From assembly GCF_009914755.1 (NCBI RefSeq), contig NC_060933.1: a DNA stretch of 64,000 nucleotides; one strand, written 5' to 3'. Under the pieces are notes generated by a model. It worked only from the letters and a program-made list of their open reading frames with translations, had not been told where the DNA came from and searched no databases. Of this stretch, positions 28,101 to 43,400 are shown one piece after another. Position 1 is the stretch's first letter; every line of letters begins with the position of its first letter. The translations under genes and the position numbers were made by a program. This DNA comes from the human T2T-CHM13v2.0 reference genome, Homo sapiens.

Positions 28101-31100
28101 ATTCCATTCGGGTTGTTCCATTCCAATCCATTCCATTCCACTCCATTCCGTTGCACTCGGGTTGATTCCATTCCATTCCATTCCATTCCATTCCATTCCA
28201 TTCCATTCCGGATGATTCCATTCCATTGCATTCCGTTCCATTACATTCCCCTGCACTCGCGTTGATTCCATTCCATTCCATTCCATTCCTTTCAATTCCA
28301 TTACATTACAATTCGTTCCATTCCATTCTATTCCGTACCATTCCATTCTATTCCATACCATTCCATTCCATTCCATTCCATTCCATTCCGTTCCATTCCG
28401 TTCCACTCCATTCCATTCCATTCGGATTAATTCCATTCCATTCCATTCCATTCCATTCTATTCCATTCCATTGCAATCGAGTTGAATCCATTGCATTTCA
28501 TTCCATTCCATTCCATTCCATTCCATTCCGGAAGATTCTATTCCATTGCATTCCATTCCATTCCATTCCCCTGCACTCGCGTTGATTCCATTCCATTCCA
28601 TTCCATTCCATTCCATTCCATTCTGTTCCGTTCCATTCCATTCCATTCCATTCCATTCCGTTCCGTTCCGTTCCATTCCATTCCATTCCATTACATTCCA
28701 TTACGTTCCGTTCCATTCCATTCCATTCCATTCTATTCGGGTTAATCCCATTCCATTCCATTCGATTGCAATCGAGTTGATTCCATTCCATTCCATTCCA
28801 TTTCATTCCATTCCATTCCATTCCTTTCCATTCCATTACGGATGATTCCATTCAATTGCATTCCATTCCATTCCATTCCCCTGTACTCGGGTTGATTCCA
28901 TTCCATTCCATTCCAATCCACGCCCTTCCACTCGTGTTGATTCCATTCTTTCCATTCCATTCAAGTTGAATCCATTCCATTGCATTCCATTCCATTCAAT
29001 TCCATTCAATTGCACTCGGGTTGATTCCATTCCATTGCATTCCATTCCATTCCATTCCATTCCATTCAATTCCATTCCGTTCCATTCCATTCCAGTACAT
29101 TCGGATTGATTCTATTCAATTCCCTTACACTCCATTACATTCCATTCCATTCGGGTAGTTTCCATTCCATTCCATTCCATTCCTCTCCATTCCATTGCAC
29201 TCGGGTTGATTCCATTCCATTGCATTCCATTCCATTCCATTCAATTCCATTCCGTTCCATTCCATTCCATTACATTCGGATTGATTCTATTCAACTCCCT
29301 TACTCTCCATTACATTCCATTCCATTCGGGTTGTTCCATTCCATTCCATTCCATTCCACTCCATTCCATTGCACTCGGGTTGATTCCATTCCATTCCATT
29401 CCATTCCATTCCGGATGATTCCATTCCATTGCATTCCATTCCATTCCATTCCCCTGCACTCGCGTTGATTCCATTCCATTCCATTCTATTCCATTCCATT
29501 CCCTTCCTTTCCGTTCCATTCCATTCCATTCCATTCCATTCAATTTCATTCCGTTCCGTTCCGTTCCATTCCATTCCATTCCATTCTATTCGGGTTAATT
29601 CCATTCCATTCCATTCGATTGCCATCGAGTTGATTCCATTCCATTCCATTCCATTCTATTCCATTCCATTCCATTCCATTCCTTTCCATTCCATTACGGA
29701 TGATTCCATTCCATTGCATTCCATTCCATTCCATTCCCCTGTACTCGGGTTGATTCCATTCCATTCCATTCCAATCCATGCCATTCCACTCGTGTTGATT
29801 CCATTCTTTCCATTCCATTCAAGTTGAATCCATTCCATTGCATTCCATTCCATTCGATTCCATTCGATTGCACTCGGGTTGATTCCATTCCATTGCATTC
29901 CATTCCATTCCATTCCATTCCATTCCATTCCTTTCCATTCCATTTCATTACATTCAGATTGATTCTATTCAATTCCCTTACACTCCATTATATTCCAATC
30001 CATTCTGGTTGTTTCCATTCCATTCCATTCCATTTCACTCCATTCCATTGCACTCAGGTTGATTCCATTCCATTCCATTCCATTGCATTCCATTCCATTG
30101 CATTCCGGATGATTCCATTCCATTGCATTCCATTCCATTCCATTCCCCTGCACTCGGGTTGATTCCATTCCATTCCATTACATTACATTCCGTTCCATTG
30201 CATTCCATTCCATTCGGATTGATTCTATTCAATTCCCTTACACTCCATTACATTCCATTCCATTCGGGTAGTTTCCATTCCATTCCATTCCATTCCTCTC
30301 CATTCCATTGCACTCGGGTTGATTCCATTCCATTCCATTCCATTACATTCCATTCCATTCCATTCCGTTCCATTGTACTCGGGTTGATTCCATTCCATTT
30401 CATTCCATTCCATTCCATTCCATTCCATTCCATTCCATTCCATTCCGTTCCATTCCATTACATTCGGATTGATTCTATTCAACTCCCTTACTCTCCATTA
30501 CATTCCATTCCATTCGGGTTGTTCCATTCCATTCCATTCCGTTCCACTCCATTCCATTGCACTCGGGTTGATTCCATTCCATTCCATTCCATTCCATTCC
30601 ATTCCATTCCATTCCGGATGATTCCATTCCATTGCATTCCGTTCCATTACATTCCCCTGCACTCGGGTTAATTCCATTCCGTTCCATTCCATTCCATTCG
30701 ACTCCATTCCATTCCAATTCTTTCCATTCCATTCTATTCCGTACCATGCCATTCCATTCCATACAATTCCATTCCATTCCATTCCACTCCGTTCCGTTCC
30801 GTTCCGTTCCGTTGCATTCCATTCCATTCCATTCCATTCTATTCGGTTTAATTCCATTCCATTCCATTCCATTCCATTCCATTCTATTCCATTCCATTGC
30901 AATCGAGTTGAATACATTGCATTCCATTCCATTCCATTCCATTCCATTCCATTCCATTCCATTCCGTTCCATTCCGGAAGATTCCATTCCATTGCATTCC
31001 ATTCCATTCCATTCCATTCCATTCCATTCCATTCCATTCCGGAAGATTCCATTCCATTGCATTCCATTCCATTCCATTCCCCTGCACTCGCGTTGATTCC

Positions 31101-32540
31101 ATTCCATTCCATTCCACTCCATTCGATTCCATTCCATTCTGTTCCGTTCCGTTCCATTCCATTCCATTCCATTCCATTCCATTCTATTCGGGTTAATTCC
31201 ATTCCATTCCATTCGATTGCAATCGAGTTGATTCCGTTCCATTCCATTCCATTCCATTCCATTCCATTCCATTCCTTTCCATTACATTACGGATGACTCC
31301 ATTCCATTCCATTCCATTCCATTCCTTTCCCCTGTACTCGGGTTGATTCCATTCCATTCCATTCCAATCCATGCCATTCCACTCGTGTTGATTCCATTCT
31401 TTCCATTCCATTCAAGATGAATCCATTCCATTGCATTTCATTCCATTCGATTCCATTCGTTTGCACTCGTGTTGATTCCATGGCATTGCATTCCATTCCA
31501 TTCCATTCCATTCCATTCCATTCCATTCCATTCCTTTCCTTTCCATTCCATTCCATTCCATTCGGATTCATTCTATTCAATTCCCTTACACTCCATTACA
31601 TTACATTCCATTCGGGTTGTTCCATTCCATTCCATTCCATTCCACTCCATTCCATTGCACTCGGGTTGATTCCATTCCATTCCTTTCCATTCCATTCCCT
31701 TCCATTCCGGATGATTCCATTCCATTGCATTCCGTTCCATTCCATTCCCCTGCACTCGCGTTGATTCCATTCCATTCCATTCCATTCCATTCAATTCCAT
31801 TCCATTACAATTCGTTCCATTCCATTCTATTCCGTACCATTCCATTCAATTCCATACCATTCCATTCCATTCCATTCCATTCAGTTCCATTCCGTTCCAT
31901 TCCATTCCATTCCATTCTATTCGGGTTAATTCCATTCCATTCCATTCCATTCCATTCCATTCCATTCCATTCTATTCCATTCCATTGCAGTCGAGTTGAA
32001 TCCATTGCATTTCATTCCATTCCATTCCATTCCATTCCATTCCGGAAGATTCCATTCCATTGCATTCCATTCCATTCCATTCCATTCCATTCCATTCCAT
32101 TCCGTTCCATTCCATTACATTCGGATTGATTCTATTCAATTCCCTTACACTGCATTCCATTCCATTCCATTCGGGTAGTTTCCATTCCATTCCATTCCAT
32201 TCCTCTCCATTCCATTGCACTCGGGTTGATTCCATTCCATTGCATTCCATTCCATTCCATTCAATTCCATTCCGTTCCATTCCATTCCATTACATTCGGA
32301 TTGATTCTATTCAACTCCCTTATGCTCCATTACATTCCATTCCATTCGGGTTGTTCCATTCCATTCCACTCCATTCCATTGCACTCGGGTTGATTCCGTT
32401 CCATTCCATTCCATTCCTTTCCATTCCATTCCGGAAGATTCCACTCCATTGCATTTCATTCCATTCCATTCCCCTGCACTCACGTTGATTCCATTCCATT
32501 CCACTCCATTCCATTCCATTCCATTCCTTTCGGTTCCATT
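25130..32540 (+). repeat. 7.4-kb tandem duplication, copy 1
   Basis: Dozens of identical ORF translations recur at offset 7411 or 7406 (25423/32834, 26630/34041, 28226/35632, 30123/37529, 31417/38828, 32060/39466). Confidence 0.95.
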
Positions 32541-35500
32541 CCATTCCATTCCATTCCATTACATTCCATTCCGTTCCGTTCCATTCCATTCCATTCCATT
32601 CTATTCGGGTTAATTCCATTCCATTCCATTCGATTGCAATCGAGTTGATTCCATTCCATTCCATTCCATTCCATTCCATTCCATTCCATTCCTTTCCATT
32701 CCATTACTGATGATTCCATTCCATTGCATTCCATTCCATTCCATTCCCCTGTACTCGGGTTGATTGCATTCCATTCCATTCCAATCCATGCCATTCCACT
32801 CGTGTTGATTCCATTCTTTCCATTCCATTCAAGTTGAATCCATTCCATTGCATTCCATTGCATTCGATTCCATTCGATTGCACTCGGGTTGATTCCATTC
32901 CATTGCATTCCATTCCATTCCATTCCATTCCATTCCATTCCGTTCCATTGCATTCCATTACATTCGGATTGATTCTATTCAATTCCCTTACACTCCATTA
33001 CATTCCATTCCATTCGGGTAGTTTCCATTCCATTCCATTCCATTCCTCTCCATTCCATTGCACTCGGGTTGATTCCATTCCATTCCATTCCATTCAATTC
33101 CATTCCGTTCCATTCCATTCCATTACATTCGGATTGATTCTATTCAACTCCCTTACTCTCCATTACATTCCATTCCATTCGGGTTGTTCCATTCCATTCC
33201 ATTCCATTCCACTCCATTCCATTGCACTCGGGTGGATTCCATTCCATTCCATTCCATTCCATTCCGGAAGATTCCATTCCATTGCATTCCATTCCATTCC
33301 ATTCCCCTGCACTCGCGTTGATTCCATTCCATTCCATTCTATTCCATTCCATTCCTTTCCTTTCCGTTCCATTCCATTCCATTCCATTCCATTCCATTCC
33401 GTTCCGTTCCATTCCATTCCATTCCATTCTATTCGGGTTAATTCCATTCCATTCCATTCGATTGCAATCGAGTTGATTCCATTCCATTCCATTGCATTTC
33501 ATTCTATTGCATTCCTTTCCATTCCATTCTGTTCCATTCCATTTCATTACATTCAGATTTACTCTATTCAATTCCCTTACACTTCATTATATTCCAATCC
33601 ATTCTGGTTTTTTCCATTCCATTCCATTCCATTGCATTCCATTCCATTCCATTCCGGATTATTCCATTCCATTGCATTCCATTCCATTCTATTCGCTGCA
33701 CTCGGGTTGATTCCATTCCATTCCATGCCATTACATTCCGTTCCATTCCATTCCATTCCATTCGGATTGATTCTATTCAATTCCCTTACACTCCATTACA
33801 TTCCATTCCATTCGGGTAGTTTCCATTCCATTCCATTCCATTCCTCTCCATTCCATTGCACTCGGGTTGATTCCATTCCATTCCATTCCATTCCATTACA
33901 TTACCTTCCATTCCATTCCGTTCCATTGTACTCGGGTTGATTCCATTCCATTGCATTCCATTCCATTGCATTCCATTCCATTCCATTCCATTCCGTTCCA
34001 TTCCATTCCATTACATTCGGATTGATTCTATTCAACTCCCTTACTCTCCATTACATTCCATTCCATTCTGGTTGTTCCATTCCATTCCATTCCATTCCAC
34101 TCCATTCCTTTGCACTCGGGTTGATTCCATTCCATTCCATTCCATTCCATTCCATTCCATTCCATTCCATTCCGGATGATTCCATTTCATTGCATTCCGT
34201 TCCATTACATTCCCCTGCACTCGTGTTGATTCCATTCCATTCCATTCCATTCCATTCGATTCCATTCCAATCCAATTCTTTCCATTCCATTCTATTCCGT
34301 ACCATGCCATTCCATTCCATACAATTCCATTCCTTTCCATTCCACTCCGTTCCGGTCCGTTCCGTTCCATTCCATTCCATTCCATTCTCTTTGGTTTAAT
34401 TCCATTCCATTCCATTCCATTCCATTCCATTCTATTCCATTCCATTGCAATCGAGTTGAATCCATTGCATTCCATTCCATTCCATTCCATTGCGGAAGAT
34501 TCCATTCCATTGCATTCCATTCCATTCCATTCCATTCCATTCCATTCCATTCCATTCCATTCCATTGTACTCGGGTTGATTCCATTCCATTGCTTTCCAT
34601 TCCATTCCATTCCATTCCATTCCATTCCATTCCATTCCGTTCCGTTGCCTTCCATTCCATTACATTCGGATTGATTCTTTTCAACTCCCTAACTCTCAAT
34701 TACATTCCATTCCATTCGGGTTGTTCCATTCCACTCCATTCCATTCCACTCCATTCCATTGCACTCGGGTTGATTCCATTCCATTCCATTTCATTCCATT
34801 CCATTCGATTCCATTCCGGATGATTCCATTCCATTGCATTCCGTTCCATTACATTCCCCTGCACTCAGGTTGATTCCATTCCATTCCATTCCATTCCATT
34901 CCATTCCATTCCATTCCATTCCATTCCATTCCATTCCCCTGCACTCGCGTTGATTCCATTCCATTCCATTCCATTCCATTCCATTCCATTCCATTCCATT
35001 CCTTTCCATTCCAGTCCTTTCCATTCCATTCCATTCGGTTGATTCCATTCTATTAGTTTCCATTCCATTCCATTCCCTTCCATTCTACTCTGGTTGATTC
35101 CATTCCTTTCCATTCCACTCGAATACATTCCCTGCTATTCCACTCGGAAAGATTCCATTCCATTCCATTCCATTCCATTCCATTCCATTCCATTCCATTC
35201 CATTTCGTTCCATTCCATTCTATTCCGTATCATTCCATTCCATTCCTTGCCATTCCATTCCATTCCATTCCATTCCATTCCACTCGTGTTGATTCCATTC
35301 CTTTCCATTCCATTCGGTTTGAAGGTATTCCAATCCATTCCATTCCATTCCATTCCATTCCATTCCATTCCATTCCATTCCATTGTACTTGGGTTGATTC
35401 CATTCCATTGCATTCCATTCCATTCCATTCCATTACATTCCGTTGCATTCCATTCCATTACATTCGGATTGATTCTATTCAACTCCCTTACTCTCCATTT

Positions 35501-38500
35501 CATTCCATTCCATTCGGGTTGTTCCATTCCAATCCATTCCATTCCACTCCATTCCGTTGCACTCGGGTTGATTCCATTCCATTCCATTCCATTCCATTCC
35601 ATTCCATTCCATTCCGGATGATTCCATTCCATTGCATTCCGTTCCATTACATTCCCCTGCACTCGCGTTGATTCCATTCCATTCCATTCCATTCCTTTCA
35701 ATTCCATTACATTACAATTCGTTCCATTCCATTCTATTCCGTACCATTCCATTCTATTCCATACCATTCCATTCCATTCCATTCCATTCCATTCCGTTCC
35801 ATTCCGTTCCACTCCATTCCATTCCATTCGGATTAATTCCATTCCATTCCATTCCATTCCATTCTATTCCATTCCATTGCAATCGAGTTGAATCCATTGC
35901 ATTTCATTCCATTCCATTCCATTCCATTCCATTCCGGAAGATTCTATTCCATTGCATTCCATTCCATTCCATTCCCCTGCACTCGCGTTGATTCCATTCC
36001 ATTCCATTCCATTCCATTCCATTCCATTCTGTTCCGTTCCATTCCATTCCATTCCATTCCATTCCGTTCCGTTCCGTTCCATTCCATTCCATTCCATTAC
36101 ATTCCATTACGTTCCGTTCCATTCCATTCCATTCCATTCTATTCGGGTTAATCCCATTCCATTCCATTCGATTGCAATCGAGTTGATTCCATTCCATTCC
36201 ATTCCATTTCATTCCATTCCATTCCATTCCTTTCCATTCCATTACGGATGATTCCATTCAATTGCATTCCATTCCATTCCATTCCCCTGTACTCGGGTTG
36301 ATTCCATTCCATTCCATTCCAATCCACGCCCTTCCACTCGTGTTGATTCCATTCTTTCCATTCCATTCAAGTTGAATCCATTCCATTGCATTCCATTCCA
36401 TTCAATTCCATTCAATTGCACTCGGGTTGATTCCATTCCATTGCATTCCATTCCATTCCATTCCATTCCATTCAATTCCATTCCGTTCCATTCCATTCCA
36501 GTACATTCGGATTGATTCTATTCAATTCCCTTACACTCCATTACATTCCATTCCATTCGGGTAGTTTCCATTCCATTCCATTCCATTCCTCTCCATTCCA
36601 TTGCACTCGGGTTGATTCCATTCCATTGCATTCCATTCCATTCCATTCAATTCCATTCCGTTCCATTCCATTCCATTACATTCGGATTGATTCTATTCAA
36701 CTCCCTTACTCTCCATTACATTCCATTCCATTCGGGTTGTTCCATTCCATTCCATTCCATTCCACTCCATTCCATTGCACTCGGGTTGATTCCATTCCAT
36801 TCCATTCCATTCCATTCCGGATGATTCCATTCCATTGCATTCCATTCCATTCCATTCCCCTGCACTCGCGTTGATTCCATTCCATTCCATTCTATTCCAT
36901 TCCATTCCCTTCCTTTCCGTTCCATTCCATTCCATTCCATTCCATTCAATTTCATTCCGTTCCGTTCCGTTCCATTCCATTCCATTCCATTCTATTCGGG
37001 TTAATTCCATTCCATTCCATTCGATTGCCATCGAGTTGATTCCATTCCATTCCATTCCATTCTATTCCATTCCATTCCATTCCATTCCTTTCCATTCCAT
37101 TACGGATGATTCCATTCCATTGCATTCCATTCCATTCCATTCCCCTGTACTCGGGTTGATTCCATTCCATTCCATTCCAATCCATGCCATTCCACTCGTG
37201 TTGATTCCATTCTTTCCATTCCATTCAAGTTGAATCCATTCCATTGCATTCCATTCCATTCGATTCCATTCGATTGCACTCGGGTTGATTCCATTCCATT
37301 GCATTCCATTCCATTCCATTCCATTCCATTCCATTCCTTTCCATTCCATTTCATTACATTCAGATTGATTCTATTCAATTCCCTTACACTCCATTATATT
37401 CCAATCCATTCTGGTTGTTTCCATTCCATTCCATTCCATTTCACTCCATTCCATTGCACTCAGGTTGATTCCATTCCATTCCATTCCATTGCATTCCATT
37501 CCATTGCATTCCGGATGATTCCATTCCATTGCATTCCATTCCATTCCATTCCCCTGCACTCGGGTTGATTCCATTCCATTCCATTACATTACATTCCGTT
37601 CCATTGCATTCCATTCCATTCGGATTGATTCTATTCAATTCCCTTACACTCCATTACATTCCATTCCATTCGGGTAGTTTCCATTCCATTCCATTCCATT
37701 CCTCTCCATTCCATTGCACTCGGGTTGATTCCATTCCATTCCATTCCATTACATTCCATTCCATTCCATTCCGTTCCATTGTACTCGGGTTGATTCCATT
37801 CCATTTCATTCCATTCCATTCCATTCCATTCCATTCCATTCCATTCCATTCCGTTCCATTCCATTACATTCGGATTGATTCTATTCAACTCCCTTACTCT
37901 CCATTACATTCCATTCCATTCGGGTTGTTCCATTCCATTCCATTCCGTTCCACTCCATTCCATTGCACTCGGGTTGATTCCATTCCATTCCATTCCATTC
38001 CATTCCATTCCATTCCATTCCGGATGATTCCATTCCATTGCATTCCGTTCCATTACATTCCCCTGCACTCGGGTTAATTCCATTCCGTTCCATTCCATTC
38101 CATTCGACTCCATTCCATTCCAATTCTTTCCATTCCATTCTATTCCGTACCATGCCATTCCATTCCATACAATTCCATTCCATTCCATTCCACTCCGTTC
38201 CGTTCCGTTCCGTTCCGTTGCATTCCATTCCATTCCATTCCATTCTATTCGGTTTAATTCCATTCCATTCCATTCCATTCCATTCCATTCTATTCCATTC
38301 CATTGCAATCGAGTTGAATACATTGCATTCCATTCCATTCCATTCCATTCCATTCCATTCCATTCCATTCCGTTCCATTCCGGAAGATTCCATTCCATTG
38401 CATTCCATTCCATTCCATTCCATTCCATTCCATTCCATTCCATTCCATTCCGGAAGATTCCATTCCATTGCATTCCATTCCATTCCATTCCCCTGCACTC

Positions 38501-39950
38501 GCGTTGATTCCATTCCATTCCATTCCACTCCATTCGATTCCATTCCATTCTGTTCCGTTCCGTTCCATTCCATTCCATTCCATTCCATTCCATTCTATTC
38601 GGGTTAATTCCATTCCATTCCATTCGATTGCAATCGAGTTGATTCCGTTCCATTCCATTCCATTCCATTCCATTCCATTCCATTCCTTTCCATTACATTA
38701 CGGATGACTCCATTCCATTCCATTCCATTCCATTCCTTTCCCCTGTACTCGGGTTGATTCCATTCCATTCCATTCCAATCCATGCCATTCCACTCGTGTT
38801 GATTCCATTCTTTCCATTCCATTCAAGATGAATCCATTCCATTGCATTTCATTCCATTCGATTCCATTCGTTTGCACTCGTGTTGATTCCATGGCATTGC
38901 ATTCCATTCCATTCCATTCCATTCCATTCCATTCCATTCCATTCCTTTCCTTTCCATTCCATTCCATTCCATTCGGATTCATTCTATTCAATTCCCTTAC
39001 ACTCCATTACATTACATTCCATTCGGGTTGTTCCATTCCATTCCATTCCATTCCACTCCATTCCATTGCACTCGGGTTGATTCCATTCCATTCCTTTCCA
39101 TTCCATTCCCTTCCATTCCGGATGATTCCATTCCATTGCATTCCGTTCCATTCCATTCCCCTGCACTCGCGTTGATTCCATTCCATTCCATTCCATTCCA
39201 TTCAATTCCATTCCATTACAATTCGTTCCATTCCATTCTATTCCGTACCATTCCATTCAATTCCATACCATTCCATTCCATTCCATTCCATTCAGTTCCA
39301 TTCCGTTCCATTCCATTCCATTCCATTCTATTCGGGTTAATTCCATTCCATTCCATTCCATTCCATTCCATTCCATTCTATTCCATTCCATTGCAGTCGA
39401 GTTGAATCCATTGCATTTCATTCCATTCCATTCCATTCCATTCCATTCCGGAAGATTCCATTCCATTGCATTCCATTCCATTCCATTCCATTCCATTCCA
39501 TTCCATTCCGTTCCATTCCATTACATTCGGATTGATTCTATTCAATTCCCTTACACTGCATTCCATTCCATTCCATTCGGGTAGTTTCCATTCCATTCCA
39601 TTCCATTCCTCTCCATTCCATTGCACTCGGGTTGATTCCATTCCATTGCATTCCATTCCATTCCATTCAATTCCATTCCGTTCCATTCCATTCCATTACA
39701 TTCGGATTGATTCTATTCAACTCCCTTATGCTCCATTACATTCCATTCCATTCGGGTTGTTCCATTCCATTCCACTCCATTCCATTGCACTCGGGTTGAT
39801 TCCGTTCCATTCCATTCCATTCCTTTCCATTCCATTCCGGAAGATTCCACTCCATTGCATTTCATTCCATTCCATTCCCCTGCACTCACGTTGATTCCAT
39901 TCCATTCCACTCCATTCCATTCCATTCCATTCCTTTCGGTTCCATTCCAT
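32541..39950 (+). repeat. 7.4-kb tandem duplication, copy 2
   Basis: Near-identical to 25130-32540, including rare variants (CAGATTTACTCTA, TTCGCTGCAC, CTCTTTGGTTTAA, CCACGCCCTT, CCCTTATGCTCC). The visible differences are three single-pentamer length changes. Confidence 0.95.
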
Positions 39951-40499
39951 TCCATTCCATTCCATTCCATTCCATTCCGTTCCGTTCCATTCCATTCCAT
40001 TCCATTCTATTCGGGTTAATTCCATTCCATTCCATTCGATTGCAATCGAGTTGATTCCATTCCATTCCATTCCATTCCATTCCATTCCATTCCATTCCAT
40101 TCCTTTCTATTCCATTACGGATGATTCCATTCCATTGCATTCCATTCCATTCCATTCCCCTGTACTCGGGTTGATTCCATTCCCTTCTATTCCAATCCAT
40201 GCCATTCCACTCGTGTTGATTCCATTCTTTCCATTCCATTCAAGTTGAATCTATTCCATTGCATTCCATTCCATTCCATTCCCCTGAAGTCGGGTTGATT
40301 CCATTCCATTCCATTCCATTCCATTCCATTCCATTCCATTCAATTCCGTTCCGTTCCATTCCATTCCATTCCATTCTATTCGGGTTAATTCCATTCCATT
40401 CTATTCCATTCCATTCCATTCCAATCCATTCAGTTCCATTCCATTCCATTCCATTCCATTCCATTCCATTCCATTCCATTCCATTCCATTGTACTCGGG

Positions 40500-43400
40500 T
40501 TGATTCCATTCCATTCCATTCCATTCTATTCCATTCCATTCCCTTCCTTTCCGTTCCATTCCATTCCATTCCATTCCATTCCATTCCATTCCATTCTGTT
40601 CCGTTCCGTTCCATTCCATTCCATTCCATTCCATTCTATTCGGGTTAATTCCATTCCATTCCATTCGATTGCAATCGAGTTGATTCCATTCCATTCCATT
40701 ACATTCCATTCCATTCCATTCCATTCCATTCCTTTCCATTCCTTTACGGATGATTCCATTCCATTGCATTCCATTCCATTCCATTTTCCTGTACTCGGGT
40801 TGATTCCATTCCATTCCATTCCAATCCATGCCCTTCCACTCGTGTTGATTCCATTATTTCCATTCCATTCTAGTTGAATCCATTCCATTGCATTCCATTC
40901 CATTCGATTCCATTCGATTGCACTCGGGTTGATTCCATTCCATTGCATTCCATTCCATTCCATTCCATTCCATTCCATTCCATTCCATTCCATTCCATTC
41001 CTTTCCGTTCCATTCCATTCCATTCCATTCCATTCCATTCCATTCCATTCCGTTCCGTTCCGTTCCGTTCCATTCCATTCCATTCCATTCTATTCGGGTT
41101 AATTCCATTCCATTCAATTCGATTGCAATCGAGTTGATTCCATTCCATTCCATTCCATTCCATTCCATTCCATTCCATTCCTTTCCATTCCATTACGGAT
41201 GATTCCATTCCATTGCATTACATTCCATTCCATTCCCCTGTACTCGGGTTGATTCCATTCCATTCCATTCCATTCCATTCCATTCCGGATGATTCTATTC
41301 CATTGCATTCCGTTCCATTACATTCCCCTGCACTCGCGTTGATTCCATTCCATTCCATTCCATTCCATTCAATTCCATTCCATTACAATTCGTTCCATTC
41401 CATTCTATTCTGTACCATTCCATTCCATTGCATTCCATTCCATTCCATTCCATTCCATTCCGTTCCATTCCATTCCATTCCATTCCATTCCATTCTATTC
41501 GGATTAATTCCATTCCATTCCATTCCATTCCATTCCATTCCATTCTATTCCATTCCATTGCAATCGAGTTGAATCCATTGCATTTCATTCCATTCCATTC
41601 CATTCCATTCCATTCCGGAAGATTCCATTCCATTGCATTCCATTCCATTCCATTCCCCTGCGTTCGCGGTGATTCCATTCCATTCCATTCAATTCCATTC
41701 CGTTCCATTCCATTCCATTATATTCGGATTGATTCTACTCAACTCCCTTACTCTCCATTATATTCCATTCCATTCGGGTTGTTCCATTCCATTCCATTCC
41801 ATTCCACTCCATTCCATTGCACTCGGGTTTGTTCCATTCCATTCCATTCCATTCCATTCCATTCCATTCCATTCCGGAAGATTCCATTCCATTGCATTCC
41901 ATTCCATTCCATTCCCCTGCACTCGCGTTGATTCCATTCCATTCCATTCCATTCCATTCCATTCCATTCCTTTCCGTTCCATTCCATTCCATTCCATTCC
42001 ATTCCATTCCATTCCGTTCCGTTCCGTTCCATTCCATTCCATTCCATTCTATTCGGGTTAATTCCATTCCATTCCATTCGATTGCAATCGAGTTGATTCC
42101 ATTCCATTCCATTCCATTCCATTCCATTCCATTCCATTCCTTTCCATTCCATTACGGATGATTCCATTCCATTGCATTCCATTCCATTCCATTCCCCTGT
42201 ACTCGGGTTGATTCCATTCCATTCCATTCCATTCCATTCCATTCCGGATGATTCCATTCCATTGCATTCCGTTCCATTACATTCCCCTGCACTCGCGTTG
42301 ATTCCATTCCATTCCATTCCATTCCATTCAATTCCATTCCATTAAAATTCGTTCCATTCCATTCTATTCCGTACCATTCCATTCCATTGCATACCATTCC
42401 ATTCCATTCCATTCCTTTCCGTTCCATTCCGTTCCATTCCATTCCATTCCATTCTATTCGGATTAATTCCTATCCATTCCATTCCATTCCATTCTATTCC
42501 ATTCCATTGCAATCGAGTTGAATCCATTGCATTTCATTCCATTCCATTCCATTCCATTCCATTCCATTCCATTCCGGAAGATTCCATTCCATTGCAATCC
42601 ATTCCATTGCATTCCCCTGCGTTCGCGTTGATTCCATTCCATTCCATTCCATTCCATTCCATTCCGTTCCGTTCCATTCCATTCCATTCCATTCCATTCC
42701 GTTCCGTTCCATTCCATTCCATTCCATTCTATTCGGGTTAATTCCATTCCATTCCATTCGATTGCAATCGAGTTGATCCCATTCCATTCCATTCCATTCC
42801 ATTCCATTCCATTCCATTCCATTCCTTTCCATTCCATTACGGATGATTCCATTCCATTGCATTCCATTCCATTCCATTCCCCTGTACTCGGGTTGATTCC
42901 ATTCCATTCCATTCCAATCCATGCCCTTCCACTCGTGTTGATTCCATTATTTCCATTCCATTCTAGTTGAATCCATTCCATTGCATTCCATTCCATTCGA
43001 TTCCATTCGATTGCACTCGGGTTGATTCCATTCCATTGCATTCCATTCCATTCCATTCCATTCCATTCCATTCCATTCCATTCCATTCCATTCCATTCCT
43101 TTCCTTTCCATTCCATTCCATTCCATTCCATTCCATTCCATTCCGTTCCGTTCCGTTCCATTCCATTCCATTCCATTCTATTCGGGTTAATTGCATTCCA
43201 TTCCATTCGATTGCAATCGAGTTGATTCCATTCCATTCCATTCCATTCCATTCCATTCCATTCCTTTCCATTCCATTACGGATGATTCCATTCCATTGCA
43301 TTACATTCCATTCCATTCCCCTGTACTCGGGTTGATTCCATTCCATTCCATTCCAATCCATGCCATTCCACTCGTGTTGATTCCATTCTTTCCATTCCAT

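Noticed and set aside
23700-29300. 3.54-kb offset resembling the ~3.6-kb DYZ1 unit of chromosome Y
   Set aside because: The offset is local, drifts to ~3.8 kb and is not maintained across the window. The decamer-rich, highly pure CATTC content also does not suggest DYZ1.
25423-33940. Identical 368-aa ORF present twice, suggesting a conserved gene
   Set aside because: The identity is fully explained by the recent 7.4-kb tandem duplication, and the translation is low-complexity repeat.
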